In this document: piece after piece, positions 58,197-64,000 of the stretch | How positions within the stretch are numbered: the stretch's first letter is position 1 | Layout: each line of letters opens with the position of its first letter | Assembly (NCBI GenBank): GCA_964291315.2 | Contig: OZ219753.1 | Span: forward strand, 672,001 to 736,000 | Reading direction: 5' to 3' | DNA: 64,000 nucleotides | Source of the DNA: Candidatus Poribacteria bacterium | GTDB lineage: Bacteria > Poribacteria > WGA-4E > WGA-3G | The notes under the pieces: generated by a model | What the model was told of the DNA's origin: nothing | Seen by the model: the letters and a program-made list of their open reading frames with translations, nothing else | Databases searched by the model: none | Program-made: the position numbers and the translations under genes

Positions 58197-61100
58197 TTAC
58201 CATAAGATTGTGTCAATTTGCTGCATGAGGGTGAGGGTTTCCGCAATAGAGACTAAGATGGCACGATAATGCCGTACCTCCTCATGACGCAACGTCTCCC
58301 CGCGACGATCCCGAAGCCACTTCTCACAGACCTGATACGAGCCGATCTTATACGCCCAAACCTCCGGCGGTACGTCTGTGAAATATTGCGTGGCATTCAT
58401 CCAAACAGCGCCCTCCACATAACGCACCTTTCCAACAACGCCATCTCCTACGCCCTCAAAGCGGTGACGCGCGGGAATTTCTACGTCTTTCAAGAGGTGC
58501 CAGTTCATGAGGTGCTGCCCGAGCGATGCGAGTGTGTGGAACTGCTCACGGTTGCGCGGCATGGGGATACGCGGGTAGTCGTATTTGAGGAAGTCGTAGT
58601 ACCGTTTGCGATAGGTGGGGCTATGGAGCAGTGCGTAGAGATAGGCGAGGATCTGCTCGGGTGAGACGCGTTCGGGCAGCTGGAAGGGTTGAACCTGCTG
58701 GGCATCTAGCGCGCCTGAGAGCGCGGTGAGGAAGGTTGGTTTGAAATTGAGGGAGCGTTCTGTGTTAAGTCCTAATTCTTTGGGATTTGGATAGAGATAG
58801 AGCGGGAATACATGACCAGATTCACTTCCACTGTTGGATATATAACGGTTTTCTGTAATTGTATCGGTTACCAGGGCATGTTGCCACACAGGCCCTGTAA
58901 CAATACGACATGTGCCGAGGGCAAGGTTTTCGCTGCGTAAATGCGGCATAATCGCCGGTCGTGGCCTACAGTGAAAGCCGCGCGACCGTCCTGTGTAGTA
59001 GGTCCAGCGCGTGTCAAACGGCCGGTAATTGATCGGCACAATGTGCTGTTCTGTGTTCGGATGATTGCGGAGGTCTGCTTGGGCGAGATGTACCTGCCAA
59101 TCTTGGCTGTCTTTTGGCAACCCGTATTTTTCGCGGGCCTTTTCTATAGGGAGCGAGACAAAGTCGGTTACGGTGTCGCGAACATCTTCGGCAGTGCGAT
59201 GGATTGTTAACTTATCTCGGGCGGTAACAACCCCGATTGAGCTTGCTTGAAAGATGTCGGTAATTTGCCATCCGTTTTCATACTCAGTCTTGTGCTCTGT
59301 TACTTGTGGCACAAGAAGATAGTGGGGTGAGGTCGGTTGCAATTCACTCCACTCAGTGGTTTGCACGTCTATCTGTGAAAGTGTTTCATATTTTTCTTTT
59401 CGGCTCCCGTATAGGTCTGCATAGTGGACTTTTGCTAGCGCGGGATTATTGTGGTGCTTGACACATAGTAAGATGGTAACCCCGAGTTGTATATCAAATA
59501 CATTTTCATCTTTCTGTCCGTCAGGGACAGATTCTTGTTTTATGATACTCCCGTGTAGGTTGAGTGCATAGATGGTGTTAAAACTGTTTAATAGACTTTG
59601 ACGCATGCCGCGGACGGTGGGGGCTTCAAGGAAATTATTGCTGACAATATAACCGATAATACCTTCGCCATTTTTATCCATGTGCCACTGTGCCCATCGG
59701 ATAAACTTCACATAGTCGTCTTGAAGTGCTTTTGAAGTTGCTTCCCCGAGGGGGACTCCGTCTATCTGTTTGTAATCCTCAATAAGTTCACCGATAAAGG
59801 TTAGCTTTCCCTTCAAACGGCTCGGGTTAAGGGAATGGCGTTTATAAGGCGGATTGCCGAGGATGACGAGGAGGGGTTCGTCGCGTTTGACTGACAACGC
59901 AGCATTCGCCTCCTCGGAGATGAACTCCGTGAACGGCAACGGCGACTGCATCTCTTGCGGCTGCTCTAGTGTGTTGGTGAGGTAGATGCGCAGACGCTCA
60001 TCTGCACGCCAGCCTTGCGATTCTAAGAAGAGACCTAACTTCAAGTGTGCGATGGTATACGGCGCAACAAGCAGCTCAAATCCAAAAATACGACGCACCA
60101 GATCCCCGTTGATATACTGTGCCCATTCCCCCGAGCCGTAGGTCGAGGTGACAGAAGCCTGGATCTGCTCAAGCACTGCCAACAGAAAGCCGCCCGTCCC
60201 CGTCGCTGGGTCGAGGATGAGTGTATCGGTATCCGCGAGACCGTCCGATCTACCGAGCTCTGTTTTCAAGAGGCTATCAATGGATCTGACGATGTAGGAG
60301 ATCACCTGGGGCGGCGTGTAGTAGACACCCCGATCAACCCGACGCTCCGGATTATACGCAGCGAGGAAGGTCTCATAGAAGTGGATAACAGGATCCTCGG
60401 CGTGAGTTCCCGGAGAAAATGCCGTGCGGATCATCTCTGTCTGCACGTTTCGCAGGAGCGTTGCGATGTCGTCGAGGATATAGATAACGTTCGCCTCTAG
60501 CGTTGGCGATGCGATCTGATGAAAGAGCTGCACAAGAAATGGGTTGGATCTGGGAAGGGCTCCTGCGGCGGTGTGTCGTGAGAAGTTCGTGGCGTTTGGC
60601 AGCGTGCATCGGGCGGCGAATAGTCCATAGGCGAGCGTCTGTGCATACATATCCGCAAAATCAGCGGGGGTCAATGTAGAGAGCAGCAGCTCCTTGAAGG
60701 CGGAGAACATCCGATAGAGGTTGCTGTTTTCATTAGTGAGTGCAGCGGCGACTTGCACCTGTAGTTCTCGGGTGCGTCTGGCGAGGTATCTGGCGAGCAC
60801 CTCTGGTGTGGCGATCTGAACGGGTTTGGCGTTTAGGAACCGTTCCAATAACATCTCCAAGTTTGCGGTGCCGTCTCCGGCGCGTGCTTGTGCGTGGAGT
60901 TGTCCGTCTGTCCAGAGCTGGAAGTCGACGAAGTTGGTGAGAATGAAGTTGTCCAAGTTTTCGGTAAATCGTTTGTTCTGCTCTTGTGCGTGTCCTGTGA
61001 GCTTGTTGAGGTCTCTGCGGTTTGATTCGGCTTCGATGTAGCCGATGGGGAGCAGTCCGTCTATTGCGACGAAGTCGGGTCTGCCGATCTGCTCGATATG

Positions 61101-61271
61101 TTTGGGTTCTTGGAGGAAGTGTATGGTATTTCTGTGGAAGTGGTTAGCGGTTGTTTCCGCGAGGAATGCGTGTAGGTGTGGGAAGAGCGAGAGTTCTGAT
61201 GTTGCTGCGGTGTTGGCGCGGGTGTGTTGTATTTTCTGTAGGTAGCGGTTGGTGCGGGTGTGGAAGTCCAT
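58197..61271 (-). CDS. Type IIG / type ISP-like restriction-modification enzyme (N6-adenine MTase plus C-terminal specificity domain)
   Basis: GRPDF...GYIEAE, YAQTLAYGLF, GVYYTPP, LDPATGTG, GNPPY, DDYVKFIR, YRPFD, YKIGSYQVCEKWL. Confidence 0.88.
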   Translation of the reverse strand: MDFHTRTNRYLQKIQHTRANTAATSELSLFPHLHAFLAETTANHFHRNTIHFLQEPKHIEQIGRPDFVAIDGLLPIGYIEAESNRRDLNKLTGHAQEQNKRFTENLDNFILTNFVDFQLWTDGQLHAQARAGDGTANLEMLLERFLNAKPVQIATPEVLARYLARRTRELQVQVAAALTNENSNLYRMFSAFKELLLSTLTPADFADMYAQTLAYGLFAARCTLPNATNFSRHTAAGALPRSNPFLVQLFHQIASPTLEANVIYILDDIATLLRNVQTEMIRTAFSPGTHAEDPVIHFYETFLAAYNPERRVDRGVYYTPPQVISYIVRSIDSLLKTELGRSDGLADTDTLILDPATGTGGFLLAVLEQIQASVTSTYGSGEWAQYINGDLVRRIFGFELLVAPYTIAHLKLGLFLESQGWRADERLRIYLTNTLEQPQEMQSPLPFTEFISEEANAALSVKRDEPLLVILGNPPYKRHSLNPSRLKGKLTFIGELIEDYKQIDGVPLGEATSKALQDDYVKFIRWAQWHMDKNGEGIIGYIVSNNFLEAPTVRGMRQSLLNSFNTIYALNLHGSIIKQESVPDGQKDENVFDIQLGVTILLCVKHHNNPALAKVHYADLYGSRKEKYETLSQIDVQTTEWSELQPTSPHYLLVPQVTEHKTEYENGWQITDIFQASSIGVVTARDKLTIHRTAEDVRDTVTDFVSLPIEKAREKYGLPKDSQDWQVHLAQADLRNHPNTEQHIVPINYRPFDTRWTYYTGRSRGFHCRPRPAIMPHLRSENLALGTCRIVTGPVWQHALVTDTITENRYISNSGSESGHVFPLYLYPNPKELGLNTERSLNFKPTFLTALSGALDAQQVQPFQLPERVSPEQILAYLYALLHSPTYRKRYYDFLKYDYPRIPMPRNREQFHTLASLGQHLMNWHLLKDVEIPARHRFEGVGDGVVGKVRYVEGAVWMNATQYFTDVPPEVWAYKIGSYQVCEKWLRDRRGETLRHEEVRHYRAILVSIAETLTLMQQIDTILW

Positions 61272-61307
61272 ATGTTGTTTTGAGGTTAATCCTGTTTAGG
61301 TTGAGGT

Positions 61308-61335
61308 GGCACAGACGGCTCGTCTATGCTACAAG
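61308..61335 (+). repeat. Single REP-like unit upstream of the RM gene
   Basis: GGCACAGAC-GGCTC-GTCTATGCTACAAG. Confidence 0.6.
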
Positions 61336-61487
61336 AAGTGTCTGGGCTACACACAATGGTTTATTTCTGACGTTTACGTTATTATACGGGTTTTGGTGGT
61401 TAGGTGCAAGTGTTTTCGGAATGTGTGTCCAGAAATTTTTCAAATTATAAGGAAGTAAGGTAGCGACATGTTCACACCGTTCACTTA

Positions 61488-61724
61488 TGCACAGGCTATC
61501 AGCCTATGCTAAAAGTGTGGATGCACAGGCTATCAGTCTATGCTAAAAGGGTCTTGCACAGACTGACAGTCTATGCTACAAGAGCTACTGCGCAGACTGC
61601 GAGTGTATGCTGCAAGTGTGGATGCACAGACTAACAGTCTATGCTACAAGAGGTACTGCACGGGAAACTGCTAGGTTATGCTGCAAGGGTTACTGCGCGG
61701 GAAACTGACAGTCTATGTTGCAAG
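61488..61724 (+). repeat. Tandem array of 7 REP-like palindromes (33-37 bp period)
   Basis: TGCACAGRCTRWCAGYCTATGCTAMAAG-like units starting near 61488, 61522, 61555, 61589, 61623, 61657 and 61694. Confidence 0.88.
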
Positions 61725-61755
61725 TTAGCGTAGAAAAAAGCTTCGCGCGGGGGTC

Positions 61756-63900
61756 CTAGTGCACATAACTTTCGCGGGGTTCGTCGAGATCGACAAGTAC
61801 TCGTGAGCCGACTTGTAAGAACCTGCCGTTTAGCATTGTGAATTGGACATCAGGGTTTGTGGGTGCTTGGCGTAAGTAGAGATATTCTCCGACAAAAGTA
61901 ATATCGGCTGCTGACATTTCGGTTAATCCGTCGTCGGAGATAAGGAAGGTGTCGGTTGTGTTGTGCAGCTGCAGCGTGAAGCCCGTTGCCAAGACATCTG
62001 CGTCTGTACGGACTGGAAGGTTGGTAAGGGTTGGGTGCGTGTTGGCCTCGGGTTGCATAGGAAATAGGATCGTGTTCAGCACTAGTGGTGATTCGCCATT
62101 TAGTCGATAGGTAGCGGTGTCTGCATCTAACGTTAGCGTGAGCTCGGGTGTTGCAGTTGCTCCGAGGAAGAGCGTGCTTTTGCCCGGGGATTGTGTCCAT
62201 ACAGTGAGTGTATTCTCCGAAGTGTGGAGCGAGGTTTGTCGGTTCAGCGAGAAAACCTGCTCTAGGGTGTGTGTATTCTGTGCGAGGAGCAGGTCGTGCA
62301 AGATGAAATATTCGCCTTTGAGGTAGAAGAGAGAGCGTTTGTGATGGATATTAGCGGTTTGTGAGTTTTCGGCGTGTGGTGTTAATGCGCGCCAGCCTTC
62401 GAACCAATCGAATGCTGGTGTAGCGATCCATCTTCTGTGGAGCGCGCTCTCATCTACGGGTTTACCGTCAAGTAGGCGTATAGAGGCGGTTGTTAGCTCT
62501 TGTGCGTGGGCGTGGAGTGTGAGTTGTGATATGATGTTGTGGGCGTTTGTTTTTCCGTGTGGGCGTGTGTCCAGAAAGAGGTATTGGGCATCAGGTGTCC
62601 AGTTATTTCTCATTACGTACCAGCCGGTTTCATGTAGCGGGTGGGAAGTGGTATCGGGATATGGGATCTCGTTGCTGTGGGCGCTGCTGTTGTCGATGGA
62701 GCGGATTTCAAGGAGGTTGATATTCGGGTTGGGCGATGCTCCGCATGAAGGGAGCTGTGTGTCAGGTTGGCTTAAATGGATACATGCTTTTACTTGCTTT
62801 TCAACGGCTTCTTTAAGGAATTCAACGTGTGCTGTGTGTTTCCCGCAAAAGGAGAGGAATCTGTTAAAATCTGTGATTGCTTCGACTTGTGCGGAGACCG
62901 TTCGGTCTTTATGGAAGCCGTCTGTATGGAAGAAGGCGTTGTTAATCCAATGGTAGCGGCGCAATGCTAAGAGAAGGAGCGTTTCGCTGTGCCGGCATTC
63001 AGGGAACAGGGTTGCCGCGATACCGATTTCGGTAGTTGCCTTGAGTGCGGGAGTGGGGTGAATAGATAGGTGAAGTAGGGATTCGAGATAGTTTTTTGCG
63101 GTGGTGTATGTATCGGACCTTTTCGGTAGATGGAACGTCTTGTCTGCAATTTTTGCGTCTAAGAAGGTCTGTCGAAAGGCGGTGTATTCGGACTTGGCAG
63201 CGGATATGTTGTCTGCGATCAGTGCTGTTTTCACTGCCTGCATTCCGGGAAAATCCAGGTTGAGCGTATCAAAGAAGTCGTGAGCGTTTAACGGCAATTT
63301 GTATGGGTTTATCGGTATGAAATTAGGGGCGAGAACGGTGTTATAGGCGGTTACCGCGCCTTCTAGGATTGGGAGTTTTCGTTGATTTGCGAGCGAAAGA
63401 GCGGTGTTAAGGGGGAGTGTAAGGTGTGAATCTGTTGGTTTGGGAGAGATCAGTGTGAGTGGTGTTGCAACTCTTCCGAATCCGGCGAGTTGCCAGAGGG
63501 TGGCTTGTGGTAGTGAGGCACAGAGTGTGCCGGCTAGCGCCAGGGCACTTCCTGCTTCGAGCTTGGGGCGTGGCTTGCCTTCTGAATAGGTGTAGAGGTA
63601 TTCGGTGTGCTCTAATAGGATACGGGCGAGTTCGGTGTATCCGGTATCTAGAAGTTGTTCATGTGCGGCGATTGCGACTGCCTCGATGGTTCGTGCTGCC
63701 ACAGCTTCCAATCGCCATGCGGGGTTGTGTGGTGAGAATTCGATGGGAGTTGGATGTGTTTGTGTGAAGGTGTAGAGTTCTTCGAAATCGGCGATTGGTT
63801 CAAGTTGCGTGATGCTGTCTGGTGGTTTCTGTTCTGCGAATTCGTGTGCAAGTAGTTGAATATGTTCTGCTTGGAGGGTTGTGGATTTTTCAAGTGGCAT
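61756..63900 (-). CDS. Heparinase II/III-like domain protein (divergent)
   Basis: TGWYVMRNNWTPDAQYLFLD, FDWFEG, HKRSLFYLKGEYFILHD, LNLDFPGM. Confidence 0.6.
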   Translation of the reverse strand: MPLEKSTTLQAEHIQLLAHEFAEQKPPDSITQLEPIADFEELYTFTQTHPTPIEFSPHNPAWRLEAVAARTIEAVAIAAHEQLLDTGYTELARILLEHTEYLYTYSEGKPRPKLEAGSALALAGTLCASLPQATLWQLAGFGRVATPLTLISPKPTDSHLTLPLNTALSLANQRKLPILEGAVTAYNTVLAPNFIPINPYKLPLNAHDFFDTLNLDFPGMQAVKTALIADNISAAKSEYTAFRQTFLDAKIADKTFHLPKRSDTYTTAKNYLESLLHLSIHPTPALKATTEIGIAATLFPECRHSETLLLLALRRYHWINNAFFHTDGFHKDRTVSAQVEAITDFNRFLSFCGKHTAHVEFLKEAVEKQVKACIHLSQPDTQLPSCGASPNPNINLLEIRSIDNSSAHSNEIPYPDTTSHPLHETGWYVMRNNWTPDAQYLFLDTRPHGKTNAHNIISQLTLHAHAQELTTASIRLLDGKPVDESALHRRWIATPAFDWFEGWRALTPHAENSQTANIHHKRSLFYLKGEYFILHDLLLAQNTHTLEQVFSLNRQTSLHTSENTLTVWTQSPGKSTLFLGATATPELTLTLDADTATYRLNGESPLVLNTILFPMQPEANTHPTLTNLPVRTDADVLATGFTLQLHNTTDTFLISDDGLTEMSAADITFVGEYLYLRQAPTNPDVQFTMLNGRFLQVGSRVLVDLDEPRESYVH

Positions 63901-63940
63901 GCTATGTTTGGCTCCTAAGGATCTGTGTGTTTGTGGTATG

Positions 63941-63970
63941 AAAAAAGGAGGTGCGAAGAGCCCCTCCTTT
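63941..63970 (-). terminator. Intrinsic terminator of a gene beyond the window
   Basis: AAAGGAGG...CCTCCTTT stem followed by a T-run on the minus strand. Confidence 0.6.
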
Positions 63971-64000
63971 GTGGCTTTAATTGAATTTTGGATTTAGGAG

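Noticed and set aside
61488-61724. Second CRISPR array
   Set aside because: Linkers are only 5-8 nt and partly repeated, and the units are degenerate palindromes also found dispersed; this fits REP-like repeats.

Overview
Bacterial chromosomal window, most likely from a Candidatus Poribacteria-type diderm. That assignment is an inference from the two secreted lamin-tail proteins ending in GKLTTRWGELK, the sulfatase and the TamAB/Omp85 genes. The left ~52 kb is mostly housekeeping and transport: arylsulfatase, aldo/keto reductase, peptide-type ABC subunits, two hsp20, udk-like kinase, aroF, leuA, two paralogous surface proteins, pepA, formate dehydrogenase, a BMP nucleoside ABC system, Omp85/TamB, tlyA-dxs-xseB-(insert)-xseA, ymdB, pyrE and selD. 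The right ~11 kb is a defence island: a cas1 remnant with a decaying type I-B-like mini CRISPR array, a type II Zorya operon (zorA, zorB, HNH zorE), a type IIG/ISP-like restriction-modification enzyme and REP-like palindrome arrays. Three genes are split by in-frame TGA codons followed by SECIS-like hairpins. Two are expected selenoproteins (FdhA, SelD). The third is an apparently unannotated exported, outer-membrane-like protein with a U-G-A-U (UxxU) motif right after its signal peptide, and it is the most striking observation here. Other highlights are a complete Tyr/Phe/Trp leader-peptide attenuator upstream of aroF, tandem sigma-54 promoters with three helically phased enhancer palindromes upstream of hsp20, and a Zorya variant with a tail-repeat expansion, a ZorB insertion and SSB-like acidic C-termini. 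All calls come from reading the sequence; no searches were run.
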